A stretch of DNA of 26,818 bases from Candidatus Methylomirabilales bacterium (lineage in GTDB: Bacteria; Methylomirabilota; Methylomirabilia; Methylomirabilales; CSP1-5): the NCBI GenBank assembly GCA_046758505.1, contig JBHIAH010000031.1, forward strand, positions 1 through 26,818, written 5' to 3'. Every line of letters starts with the position of its first letter. Position 1 is the stretch's first letter. The position numbers and the translations under genes were made by a program. The notes below the pieces were generated by a model. The model did no database searches. It saw only the letters and a list, made by a program, of their open reading frames with translations, and was not told the DNA's origin. Below, piece after piece: positions 1-8,949 of the stretch.

Positions 1-1376
1 CTGGCCGCCAGGTGGTAGAGGGACTGGCTCTCCCCGGGATCCGCCACCACCCGGAGGAAGGCCATGAGGAGGCGGATCTCTTCCCGGTTGTAGAGGCCGT
101 GGGCCCCCGAAAAGCGCCACGGGACTCCCTTCATATTCAGGGCCCGGAGGAAGGGATCGGCATCCCGGTTGGCCCGGACCAGAATGGCCATGTCCCGGTA
201 CCGGTATGCCCCCGAACGGCCCTTCGCCTCGATCAGTGCGGCGACGCCGTCCGCCTCACTCCCCAGCGTATCGTAATGACGATGCTCGACGGGACACCCC
301 CCCTCCTGGAGCGCCCGGAGGCGCTTGTCCACTCCCCCCCGGACCTCCAGGCGTTCGGGATCATTGTGACGGATCAATCGGTAGGCGGCATCCAGAATGG
401 CCTGGCTCGATCGGTAGTTCTGGTTCACCACCGCGACCTCCGCCTGCGGATAGACCTCGGTGAAGTCCAGCAGGTTGCTCGCCGCCGCTCCCCGAAACTT
501 GTAGATGGACTGGTCGTCGTCCGCGACCACGGTCACGTTTCCCTCCGGACCGGCCAACACCTTCAGGAGCTCCCACTGCGTGTAGTTCGTGTCCTGAAAT
601 TCGTCGACCAAGATGTAGCGGAACCGGCTCCGGTACTCGGCGAGGATCGCAGGATGCTCCCGAAAGAGCCTGAGGGTCAAGGCCACCTGATCTCCGAAGT
701 CCACCGCTCCTTCCCGGGCCATGAGCGTGTGATACTGCTGGTACGTCAGGGCGATCTCCTGCTGGCGCCGCGCCTCTTCCTGCAGACGGTCATCGTCCGG
801 GCGGGCCCGGGCCCGCCCGGCGAGATCCTCCGCATACGCGAGATACTCCGCAGGACTGACGTCCTCATCCTTCGCCCGGCTGATGAGGGTCAGGATCGCC
901 TCGATGTATCGGGTGGGATCCCCCAGGGGGCGATAATACGAGAGGGGAAAGTCGAAGAGCCGCTCCCGAAAGAAGACCACCTGCTCGGGGCGCGTGAGGA
1001 CGGTGAAATCGGGATTGAGCCCTAACGCCAGCGCCTGCTCGCGCAGGATGCGATCGCCGAAGGCGTGAAAGGTGCTGATCCAGACCTCGGCATAGCCATA
1101 GGGGACGAGGAGATCCACCCGCTCCTCCATTTCACCGGCCGCTTTGTCCGTGAAGGTGAGGGCAAGGATCTCGCTCGGCCTGGCCCGCTTTGCCCCGATG
1201 AGATACGCGATCCGACGGGTGAGGATGGTGGTCTTCCCGGTCCCCGCACCCGCCACGACGAGCAGCGGCCCCTCCGGGGCGGTGACCGCCTTGACCTGCT
1301 CCGGATTGAGTCCCTCCAGGATCGCCTCGACCGCCGGCGATCCCGGCAGGGTCGCGATCTGTTTCCGTTTTCCCAT
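1..1376 (-). CDS. UvrD/PcrA-family (SF1) ATP-dependent DNA helicase, 5' part; truncated by the left window edge
   Basis: Absent from the ORF track because it has no stop in the window. Manual translation from ATG 1376 (GGAGG upstream) gives MGKRKQ...LNPEQVKAVTAPEGPLLVVAGAGTGKTTILTRRIAYLI (Q motif, Walker A), LALTFTDKAAGEM (Ia), STFHAFG, ILVDEFQDTN (Walker B) and VADDDQSIYKFRGA (III). Confidence 0.95.
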   Translation of the reverse strand, partial: MGKRKQIATLPGSPAVEAILEGLNPEQVKAVTAPEGPLLVVAGAGTGKTTILTRRIAYLIGAKRARPSEILALTFTDKAAGEMEERVDLLVPYGYAEVWISTFHAFGDRILREQALALGLNPDFTVLTRPEQVVFFRERLFDFPLSYYRPLGDPTRYIEAILTLISRAKDEDVSPAEYLAYAEDLAGRARARPDDDRLQEEARRQQEIALTYQQYHTLMAREGAVDFGDQVALTLRLFREHPAILAEYRSRFRYILVDEFQDTNYTQWELLKVLAGPEGNVTVVADDDQSIYKFRGAAASNLLDFTEVYPQAEVAVVNQNYRSSQAILDAAYRLIRHNDPERLEVRGGVDKRLRALQEGGCPVEHRHYDTLGSEADGVAALIEAKGRSGAYRYRDMAILVRANRDADPFLRALNMKGVPWRFSGAHGLYNREEIRLLMAFLRVVADPGESQSLYHLAA

Positions 1377-1426
1377 CCTGCCTCCGCCCATCGGAGGCTC
1401 GCACACTCAGAAAGGGGTGTCAAGGG

Positions 1427-2038
1427 TTACCGGATCCGGGAGAGGTCGAAGACGAAGGGGAGCAGATCGCCGTGCGCGTCGGTCACCACCAGGACGACGG
1501 GTCCACGCAGATCAACCCGTGCTGCAGGGAAGAGGCAATAGATGTACACCCAGGCGGTCCCCCGGTCGGGAGGGTCCTGATGGGTCTCCACATGAGACGG
1601 GTTAAAGATTTCCCCGGCCTGGTGCAGGCTGACGCGATAGGCGGGGGGATGCTCCGGCGGGAGCGCTAACGTAACGGCAAAGGCCAGATGGTCTCTGACC
1701 GGCATCAGTTGCCGCTCGAGATCCCGCGGCGTGAGGGAGAGAGCGCGGTGGGCCGCCGCCCACCCGGCATGGGCCACCCGGGCGAAGGGCGACTGAAGCC
1801 AGGCCGAGCCGGTGAGCGGCTGACCCGGTTTCTGCATTCCCTCCGCCCGCCACTCGCGCGCGAACAGAGCGAAGGGGAGAGCCTGAGCTCGTTCCCCATA
1901 GCGGATGGCCTCGCCAATCTGCGACGAGGACAAGGTGAGGGAGAGGGCCTGGGCCTGCCCCGGCAGGAGACCCAGGAGCGAACCCAGGACCAGCACCGCC
2001 GACCGTCGGACCAGCTGACGAGACAGGAGCGCATCCAT
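1427..2038 (-). CDS. Hypothetical exported protein (203 aa)
   Basis: Starts 1 nt after the tolC stop. N-terminal signal-peptide pattern RRSAVLVLGSLLGLLPGQAQA. No recognised domain. Confidence 0.75.
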   Translation of the reverse strand: MDALLSRQLVRRSAVLVLGSLLGLLPGQAQALSLTLSSSQIGEAIRYGERAQALPFALFAREWRAEGMQKPGQPLTGSAWLQSPFARVAHAGWAAAHRALSLTPRDLERQLMPVRDHLAFAVTLALPPEHPPAYRVSLHQAGEIFNPSHVETHQDPPDRGTAWVYIYCLFPAARVDLRGPVVLVVTDAHGDLLPFVFDLSRIR

Positions 2039-2039
2039 C

Positions 2040-3596
2040 CTACATCCGGATCCGGTGCTTCTCCAGCACCACGCCTTGCGCCCGATCGAGGTTGGCTATC
2101 GACTTCTTATACTCGGTCAGCGCCCGCACCTCTGCCGACTGGGCCACGGCCAGGTCCCGCTGGAACCGGAGGACCTCAAAAGTGGTGGAGACCCCGGCCT
2201 CCAACCGCTTCTGCTCGATCCGGAGCTGCTCCTCGCGCAGCACCCTGGTCGCCCTGGTGTTGTCCACGACCTTGGCATTCGCCTCGATCCTCCGCACCGC
2301 CTCCCGGACCTCGGCGGTGATCTGAAGCGCCAGATTGCGGAGGGAGACCCGGGCCTGGTCACGCTCCAGTTTCGCCTTGATGAACTCGGCCCGAGCCGCC
2401 CGATTGCCCAGCGGGACGGTCAGCACGAACCCGGCCGAGTAGTTCAGGAACTTGCCAGAGCCGAGGACATCGAGGTCCTTCCCCAAGGACGGATCCTCCG
2501 CGCTGAGACCGTTGAGCCCCACGCTCCCCTGGAAGGAGATGTCCGGCAAGAGCTGATTCCGGGCGAGCCGGACCGTGAGTTCCCGATTCGCGATATCCAC
2601 CTTGGCCGCCCGGTACTCCGGCCGCTTGCGGAGGGCATCGGCGACCGCCCCGGACAGATTCGGCGTGACGGGTGAAAAGCTGGCAGGGTCGGTCGGAAGA
2701 ATGGCACCCCCCCACGCCCCCTCCTTGGGGATGTTCAGGACTACCTTGAGACTGTCCTCTGCATCCCGCACCTGCTTCTCGGCCACGACGACACCCGCCT
2801 CCCTCGCCGCAACCTCTGCCTGGGCCTGGGTGATCTCCACGGGCGCCGCCACCCCGGCCCGGACCCGGGCCCGGTTCAGCTCGGCGAGTTCCCTGGCCAC
2901 ACGGAGGGAACGCTCTGCGACCTTGAGGTTCTCCAGGGTAAAGACCAGGTCCCAGTACGCATTCTGGACCTGGGTGATCACGTCCATCGTCGTCTGGCGG
3001 AACCGATCCAACGACGCCTCCCGCTCGTTTTGGGCGATCTTGATCTCGACCCGATTGACGTCTACGCCGAAGTTCTTCAGAAGCGGCTGGGTGAGGGTCA
3101 GCGTGAGATCCGACGTGTAGGCAGTCCCGTTACCTGCCTGTGTGAAGAAGACGGCGTTGTTGAAGTTCCGGGTGTTGTTCGCGCGCAGCTCGTAATTCCC
3201 ACCCGTGGGCAGGTCCTGGCGCACACCGACGTTGAAGTCCAGGTCCTGATTGACGTTGGTCCCGCGTTGCGAGAGGGCCGACCGGCCCGGCGTCCGGGTA
3301 TTGGTAAAGCTCACCTCCGCGAAGGCGGCCGGGTCAAAGACCGCCTTGGCAGCGGTGATATCCGCCGCCCGGATCTTCGGATTGAACCCTTCGATGACGA
3401 TATCCAGGTTATTCTTGAGCCCGAGCAGGACGCTTTCCTGAAGCGAGAGAACCATCACCTGTCCGGCGGTCGGCGCGGGCTCCTCGGGCTTGCCCGGGAC
3501 CCCGGCCGATGTCTCCTCGCCCAGGGCAGATCCGGTCGAGGAGACGAGGGCCGCCAAAACCGCAGCTACGAACCACGGGTTTCGTGCCTTCTCCAT
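2040..3596 (-). CDS. TolC-family outer membrane efflux protein
   Basis: Signal peptide, LSLQESVLLGLKNN, LTLTQPLL, VQNAYWDL, QLLPDISF and two OEP-like repeats ending RLEAGVSTTFEVL. SD GAGGAGG upstream. Confidence 0.93.
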   Translation of the reverse strand: MEKARNPWFVAAVLAALVSSTGSALGEETSAGVPGKPEEPAPTAGQVMVLSLQESVLLGLKNNLDIVIEGFNPKIRAADITAAKAVFDPAAFAEVSFTNTRTPGRSALSQRGTNVNQDLDFNVGVRQDLPTGGNYELRANNTRNFNNAVFFTQAGNGTAYTSDLTLTLTQPLLKNFGVDVNRVEIKIAQNEREASLDRFRQTTMDVITQVQNAYWDLVFTLENLKVAERSLRVARELAELNRARVRAGVAAPVEITQAQAEVAAREAGVVVAEKQVRDAEDSLKVVLNIPKEGAWGGAILPTDPASFSPVTPNLSGAVADALRKRPEYRAAKVDIANRELTVRLARNQLLPDISFQGSVGLNGLSAEDPSLGKDLDVLGSGKFLNYSAGFVLTVPLGNRAARAEFIKAKLERDQARVSLRNLALQITAEVREAVRRIEANAKVVDNTRATRVLREEQLRIEQKRLEAGVSTTFEVLRFQRDLAVAQSAEVRALTEYKKSIANLDRAQGVVLEKHRIRM

Positions 3597-3993
3597 GCCG
3601 TTCCTCCTCTCGAAGACTCATCGCCCAACGGCTTCCGCCTCCGGCACCACGTGACTCCTTCACAGGCACCAATCGAATATGAACGGCATCGGGCAGATAC
3701 CAGCCCCAGGGGGCGAAGACCGGGAAGAGGACACTTTCCCCCAGGTGGGCGGCATTCGGCTCGCGGGAAACCTCCACGGTAGTGGCCCGATACCCGGGAA
3801 GCCGGGCCGTCACCTCCACGCCCCCGTCCAGGACCGAGCTCCCTTCGTAGAGAACCGGGGACCGGCCGATCATGCGCCCATCTACGAGGATCTCTGCATC
3901 GCCCGGTTCGGTGAAGACCATCATCGTCGAGGCACAGCCGCCCCACAGGAGGGCAAGCCCCACGAGACCCACCACCGTTCGGATTCGACGCAT
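3409..3993 (-). CDS. PEGA-domain-like lipoprotein
   Basis: MRRIRTVVGLVGLALLWGGC (lipobox-like), then TEPGDAEILVDGRMIGRSP...VTARLPGY (PEGA pattern). Start ATG 3993 follows a G-rich SD. The frame runs 188 nt into tolC. Confidence 0.75.
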   Translation of the reverse strand: MRRIRTVVGLVGLALLWGGCASTMMVFTEPGDAEILVDGRMIGRSPVLYEGSSVLDGGVEVTARLPGYRATTVEVSREPNAAHLGESVLFPVFAPWGWYLPDAVHIRLVPVKESRGAGGGSRWAMSLREEERHGEGTKPVVRSCGFGGPRLLDRICPGRGDIGRGPGQARGARADRRTGDGSLASGKRPARAQE

Positions 3994-4038
3994 CGCCCCC
4001 CCCTCTCCCACACGCGGTATTGAGATCCTGTGTTCCGC

Positions 4039-4704
4039 TCACCGCTCCCTGTGCGCGGAAACATTTGCGCTCCTCCGTTGCCCATCTTCTCCCCTCGCGG
4101 GGACCACCCGGATGCCGCCCAGGAAGAGGTTGACGAACGTCTCCACCACTTTCCCGGGGGAGTATCGGGGAGGTCGCTTGACGCCAAAGAGCTCATGAAT
4201 GAGCAGATGATGAATGACCATTCCAACAAAACTCCGAGCCGCCAGGAGGGGATCGATGGTCCGAAAGGCCCCGGCGGCGATCCGGGTCTCGATGTAGCGG
4301 CGCAGAAACCGGTGGAGTCTTCGCACGCGGGTTTCGAAAAAGATGGTGGAGAGGTCGTGCCCCTCGAGGGCGCTGAAGAGGAGCAGCCGCATCAGCGTCG
4401 AGTCCTCCGTGGTCCCCTCCATGAGCGTCAACGCCACCGCCTCGAACACCCCCCGATCGTCCCCCCGCTCCGCCGCCTCTCTGGCCGCGGCCACCACGTC
4501 CTCGGTCTTCGACTTCGCGTCGATGATGGCACGATACAGCGCGTCCTTGTTGGCGTAATACCGGAAGAGTGCCGCCTCGCTCACCCCCACAGTTTCGGCA
4601 ATCTCCCGCGTGGTGGTTCCCCGGAATCCCCGCTGGGAGAAGAGGGTCGCTGCCGCGTCAATGATCTGCCGCTTCCGCTCGAGCCCGCTCACCCGTCGAG
4701 ACAT
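4039..4704 (-). CDS. TetR/AcrR-family transcriptional regulator
   Basis: RKRQIIDAAATLFSQRGFRGTTTREIAETVGVSEAALFRYYANKDAL is a TetR HTH. Start placed at ATG 4704 after GAGGTG. Confidence 0.95.
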   Translation of the reverse strand: MSRRVSGLERKRQIIDAAATLFSQRGFRGTTTREIAETVGVSEAALFRYYANKDALYRAIIDAKSKTEDVVAAAREAAERGDDRGVFEAVALTLMEGTTEDSTLMRLLLFSALEGHDLSTIFFETRVRRLHRFLRRYIETRIAAGAFRTIDPLLAARSFVGMVIHHLLIHELFGVKRPPRYSPGKVVETFVNLFLGGIRVVPARGEDGQRRSANVSAHRER

Positions 4705-4715
4705 CGTCACCTCAG

Positions 4716-4755
4716 AAGTGTGTAAGCATTTACTAACTTTTTTCCACTTTGTCAA
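4716..4755 (-). promoter_or_regulatory. tetR promoter (-35 TTGACA at 4755-4750) with an overlapping imperfect palindrome, probably the TetR operator
   Basis: AAGT-GT-GTAA-GCAT-TTAC-TA-ACTT (4716-4739) is a dyad covering the -10/+1 region. Autorepression is typical of TetR genes. Confidence 0.65.
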
Positions 4756-4809
4756 CCCCTATTTCGGACCCTGCTGGATCGCTCCCAGGCCCCCTTGTGA
4801 GACTCCAGC

Positions 4810-6486
4810 CTACTCCATGAGGGCCCGTTTCCTCGCGATGCTCGCCTCTACCAGGGGACTCGGAACGGACCGGATCATCACATTCACGCAGGCGGGGCGC
4901 CCCGCGGCAAAGGCCCGGAGGAGGGCGGGACGGATGGCTGCCGGTTCCTCGACACACTCGCCGTGCCCTCCGAGCGCCTCAACGACCTTCTCGTACCGGA
5001 CGAGCCCCAGGTCGCAGCCAACGACCCGGTCCGGCCCGTAGAGGGCCGTTTGGATCTGCTTCTCCATGCCCATCGCCCCGTCGTTTCCGATGACCACCAC
5101 AATGGGGAGACCGTGGCGGAGGGCGGTATGGAGCTCGAACGCGTGATAGGCAAATCCCCCGTCTCCCGTGACCACCACGACCGGTTCGTGGGGTCTCGCC
5201 AGCTTGGCCGCGATGCCGAAGGGGATCGCCGCCCCCAAGGTTCCGAGGGGACCAAGCCGGAGCCATCGCCCGGCTCGGCGGGCGGGCACCGCGATTCTCG
5301 CCCACTGTGGGAAGTCCCCGGCGTCGATGGCAATGGTGGCCTCGGGCGGCAGGAGGTCCCGGAGCTCCCGGCACAGGCGCAAGGGATGGATGGGAATCTC
5401 GGAGGACTGCTCTCCGATCTGAAGGCTCATCCGCCACGCGCGGCGCACTTCGGAGAGGTGACGGATCCAGGGTCGCTCCGGCCACGGCGCCCTGATCCCC
5501 GCCCGGCACGCCGCCAGGAAGGATCGCACGTCGGCAACGATCCCCACTTCCACCGCACGGTTGCGCCCGATCTCAGCCGCGTGGATATCCACCTGGATGA
5601 TCCGCGCCCCGGGATGAAACACGCGTGGACCGCCGAAGGCCAGCCGGTAATCCACGCGCTTTCCGAGGATGCAGATCACATCCGCGTGAACAAACTCCCG
5701 GGCCGCCTGATTCAGGAGGGGGTCGGCGTAGCCAAAGCAGAGGGGATGGTCATCGGAGATCAGCCCGCGGGAGAGGCCGATCGTGAAGAGAGGAACCCGG
5801 GACCGCTCCACGAACCGCTCAAGGTCAGGGCCGGCCTGCGACCACCACGCGCCGCTCCCCGCGATCACGACCGGCCGCTCCGCCTCGCGGAGAAGGGCCA
5901 GGGCCTTCTCGACGAGGTCCGGCTCCGGCTGGTGGGCGGGCTGCCCCGCATCCGCCTGAGGAAGAGACACGGGGGCCTCTCCGGTTTTTCGGCTCAGGAT
6001 ATCGACGGGGATGGTGAGATGGACCGGCCCCGGCCGGCCCGTGAGGGCCTCGCGGAACGCCGTGGCAAGATAATCCGGAATCTGGCCGGGATCGGTCACC
6101 AGGGCTGCCCACTTGCTGATGGACCCGACCAGGGCGAGCTGATCGAGCTCCTGAAAGGCCCCGCGATTCGTGAGGAAGGACTCCGGGGCGCCGCTGATGC
6201 CTAGGACGGGGCACCCTTGCAGGAAGGCGCTCGTTAATCCGGTCAGGGCGTTGGCATGGCCGGGACCGCCCGTCACCACGAAAACCCCCGGCCGTCCGGT
6301 CGCGCGCGTCCAGGCGTCGGCCATCAGGGCCGCTGCCGATTCGTGACGGGTATCGATGATCCGGATATGGAAGTCGAGACACGCATCGTAGATGGGATTG
6401 ATATGGTCACCCGAGAGGCTGAAGATCTGCTCGACCCCTGCCTGCTTCAGCCCTTGGACGAGGAGACGGGCCCCGCTCATGATCAT
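4810..6486 (-). CDS. Thiamine-diphosphate-dependent enzyme (acetolactate synthase-like / 2-hydroxyacyl-CoA lyase-like)
   Basis: TRHESAAALMADAW (catalytic Glu), GRPGPVHLTIP and TGDGGF...VIGND (ThDP motif). Start uncertain (6480, 6486 or 6510). Confidence 0.92.
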   Translation of the reverse strand: MIMSGARLLVQGLKQAGVEQIFSLSGDHINPIYDACLDFHIRIIDTRHESAAALMADAWTRATGRPGVFVVTGGPGHANALTGLTSAFLQGCPVLGISGAPESFLTNRGAFQELDQLALVGSISKWAALVTDPGQIPDYLATAFREALTGRPGPVHLTIPVDILSRKTGEAPVSLPQADAGQPAHQPEPDLVEKALALLREAERPVVIAGSGAWWSQAGPDLERFVERSRVPLFTIGLSRGLISDDHPLCFGYADPLLNQAAREFVHADVICILGKRVDYRLAFGGPRVFHPGARIIQVDIHAAEIGRNRAVEVGIVADVRSFLAACRAGIRAPWPERPWIRHLSEVRRAWRMSLQIGEQSSEIPIHPLRLCRELRDLLPPEATIAIDAGDFPQWARIAVPARRAGRWLRLGPLGTLGAAIPFGIAAKLARPHEPVVVVTGDGGFAYHAFELHTALRHGLPIVVVIGNDGAMGMEKQIQTALYGPDRVVGCDLGLVRYEKVVEALGGHGECVEEPAAIRPALLRAFAAGRPACVNVMIRSVPSPLVEASIARKRALME

Positions 6487-6674
6487 GATGTGGAAGGATC
6501 CCTCCCGCACCCGCCGGTTCCCCCGCCGACAGGAGTGGCGCGGCGCACGACGACTGGTCGGGGGCGGTTCGCGCTCCTTGATGGCCTCGTGCAGTACGAA
6601 TGAGAAGGAGGTTCAGCGGAGGCGATCACGGCGTCCACGAGGATGTCGGTGTTGCGGAAGACGGTGCGGCCAAG

Positions 6675-8717
6675 TCAAGGAGACACGGGATGAAGATTGG
6701 ATTGCGCCGAGGGGAGAGGGAGCGTAAAGGTAAAGGTGCTCCCCCCATCCTCCCCCTCACTCTCTGCCCAGATCTCCCCCCCTTGCAGCTCGACGAGCCG
6801 CTTGGCGAGGGTGAGACCGAGACCGACTCCCGGGATCCGATGCGCGACGGCATTCTGCCCCCGGCCAAAGGGATCAAAGATCCGCTCCCGTTCCTCCGGG
6901 CGGATCCCGATTCCGTTATCGCGGACGGAGACCGCAACGGTGTCAGCGTCCCGAACACGGGCGCGAACGGCGACCTCGCCTTTTTCAGCGGTGAACTTGA
7001 TCGCATTCGAGACCAGGTTCAGGAGCACTTGCCGAACCTGATGGATGTCACCCCGGATCGAGGGAAGTCCCGGTTCTCCCTGGACCGTGAATTGAATCTC
7101 CTTGTTCGCCGCCTGAGGAGCCATCAGGGCGTGGACCTCCTCAAGGACGACGAGGGGGTTGAACTCCTCGGAGTAGAACGTCCTCTGGCCGGTATCCCCC
7201 TCGGCGAGTTCCAGCAGGTCATTGGCCAACTTCAGGATGTGCTGTGCGCTGCCATAAATATTTTGGAGATACTGCTTCTGCCGCGTGGAGAGGGGACCGA
7301 CGCGCTTGTCCTGGAGGAGCTCGGCGTACCCTAAAATCCCTGTGAGCGGTGTCCGCACCTCCTGGGAGAGTTGGGAGAGGAATTTGTTCTTTTGGTTATT
7401 GGCCTCGAGGAGTTGCTGGTTGGTCTGGAGCAACTGGTCATGGAGCCGGGCGCTTTCCAAGGCCGTGGCGGCATGATTGGCAATGGCAGAAAGAAGGGCA
7501 AGATCCGCCTCCCCGAAAGGCGTCTGGTCGATCCGGTTAATCAGCTGAATGACCCCGAGGACTCTCTCCTCGGTCTTCACCGGGACGCAGAGCATGGACC
7601 GGGTCTCAAAACCGGTCAGGGCGTCCACCCGCGAAGAAAACAGCGGGTGCTTCCTGACGTCGGGGAGGACGAGCGCTTCACCGGTCGAGGCCACCCAGCC
7701 GGCGATCCCCTCCTCCGCCGCGATGCGGAGTCCCTGCACCAACTCCCGCCTCTCCCCAAGGACCACCGCAAAGGTGAGCTCCCCTGTCTCCTCACGGAGG
7801 AGGAGCGAGCCGGCCTCGACCTTCATCAATGCCCCCACCTGCTCCATCACCAACCGCAGCAGCATCGGGAAATCGAGCGTGGAGGTAAAGGCCGCCGTCA
7901 CCTGATTCAGGACGCTTAGCTCTTGGAGCCGCTGGTGAACGTGGCTGACATCCCGGAAGATCATCACCCCGCCCGCCGGCTTGTTCTCCCCCATCAGGCC
8001 GGTCATCGTCACCTTGAGGACCCGCCCGCCGTATTGAAACTCAAACTCCTCCCGCCCTCTTGACATCTCCATCCGCCGAACCGCCTCCGGGATCGGGTCA
8101 CCGAAGAGGGACACGATCGGGGCCCCGATGAGCTCTGTTTCGGGTCGCCCGAGGAGCTGGACGCCCGCGGGGTTCACGTACACCGCCTGATGGGTCTCGT
8201 TGAACTCGATGACCGCCTCCCCCAGCGTGGCCAGCAAGGTATCCAGGTGGCGCTTGATCGAGAGGAGCTCTCGGGCGATAACCCGTGGCCGCACCTCGTG
8301 GAGACCGACGACGACCGGGGACCCCCCCTCTCCCTCTTCTCGCCCCAAGCGCTCGAGGATCTCCACGATGTCCGCCACCATTGCATCCATGCGGCGCTTG
8401 GCGATGTACGCCTTCGCCCCAATCTCCCGGAGATCCTGAAGGCTGGCCAGGCCCTCGGCCATGGTCGCGGTGACGACGACGACGGGGACCTCATGCAGGT
8501 GAGGATCTTGTTGAAGGTGACGGCAGAGTTGACGCCCGTCCATCACGGGCATGATGAGGTCCGTCACGATGAGATCCGGGTGATGGGCGCGCGCCTGTTC
8601 CAAGGCCTCAAGCCCATTGCGGGCCCTGGAGACGCGAAAGCCCGCCTCACCGAGCGCATCCCCGACGCCCCGGAGGATGAGTTCGTCATTGTCGACGATC
8701 AGGATTTCCTTGGCCAC
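6675..8717 (-). CDS. Hybrid sensor kinase-like protein, REC-PAS-GAF-HisKA-HATPase, with the H-box His replaced by Gln
   Basis: REC: ILIVDND...PDLIVTDLIMPVMDG...YIAK. PAS: YVNPAGVQLLG..ELIG. GAF: GIAGWV...SMLCVPV...GVIQLIN. H-box FLSQLSQEVRTPLTGILG. N box LNLVSNAIKFT, G1 DNGIGI, G2 GVGLGL. GTG 8717 preferred as start because it lies downstream of the sigma54 site. Confidence 0.92.
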   Translation of the reverse strand: MAKEILIVDNDELILRGVGDALGEAGFRVSRARNGLEALEQARAHHPDLIVTDLIMPVMDGRQLCRHLQQDPHLHEVPVVVVTATMAEGLASLQDLREIGAKAYIAKRRMDAMVADIVEILERLGREEGEGGSPVVVGLHEVRPRVIARELLSIKRHLDTLLATLGEAVIEFNETHQAVYVNPAGVQLLGRPETELIGAPIVSLFGDPIPEAVRRMEMSRGREEFEFQYGGRVLKVTMTGLMGENKPAGGVMIFRDVSHVHQRLQELSVLNQVTAAFTSTLDFPMLLRLVMEQVGALMKVEAGSLLLREETGELTFAVVLGERRELVQGLRIAAEEGIAGWVASTGEALVLPDVRKHPLFSSRVDALTGFETRSMLCVPVKTEERVLGVIQLINRIDQTPFGEADLALLSAIANHAATALESARLHDQLLQTNQQLLEANNQKNKFLSQLSQEVRTPLTGILGYAELLQDKRVGPLSTRQKQYLQNIYGSAQHILKLANDLLELAEGDTGQRTFYSEEFNPLVVLEEVHALMAPQAANKEIQFTVQGEPGLPSIRGDIHQVRQVLLNLVSNAIKFTAEKGEVAVRARVRDADTVAVSVRDNGIGIRPEERERIFDPFGRGQNAVAHRIPGVGLGLTLAKRLVELQGGEIWAESEGEDGGSTFTFTLPLPSAQSNLHPVSP

Positions 8718-8774
8718 ACTCTGCCTTTGGCAAGGACTGCGGGTGACTTCAGAGAACACGTCGCCAGCGATCAC

Positions 8775-8791
8775 AGCAAACTACGTGCCAA
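8775..8791 (-). promoter_or_regulatory. Sigma54 (-24/-12) promoter for the hybrid kinase
   Basis: Minus strand reads TTGGCACGTAGTTTGCT, matching TGGCAC-N5-TTGCW with exact spacing, 57 nt upstream of the GTG. Confidence 0.8.
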
Positions 8792-8949
8792 TCACTATAT
8801 CGGATGCGCGTGGGTATAACAGCCCTCTAAAGGGCGCCCGGCGACGCGCAATGGAACAACAGACCGCATCGGAACATTGCACCACGCGTCGGACGAGGTC
8901 CAGTAGGTGTCCGAGTTGCTTACCTTGCCGATGACCCCTCAGACATGAA

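Noticed and set aside
12..1025. 337-aa plus-strand ORF, and similar long ORFs such as 4963-6204, 10939-12369, 13754-15163, 15703-16794, 23501-24442 and 24327-25319
   Set aside because: They are antisense shadows of well-supported genes, expected in high-GC DNA, and show no domain motifs.
6511..6674. Gap between the kinase and the TPP enzyme as a TPP riboswitch or small gene
   Set aside because: No CUGAGA/thi-box motif and no properly initiated ORF were found.
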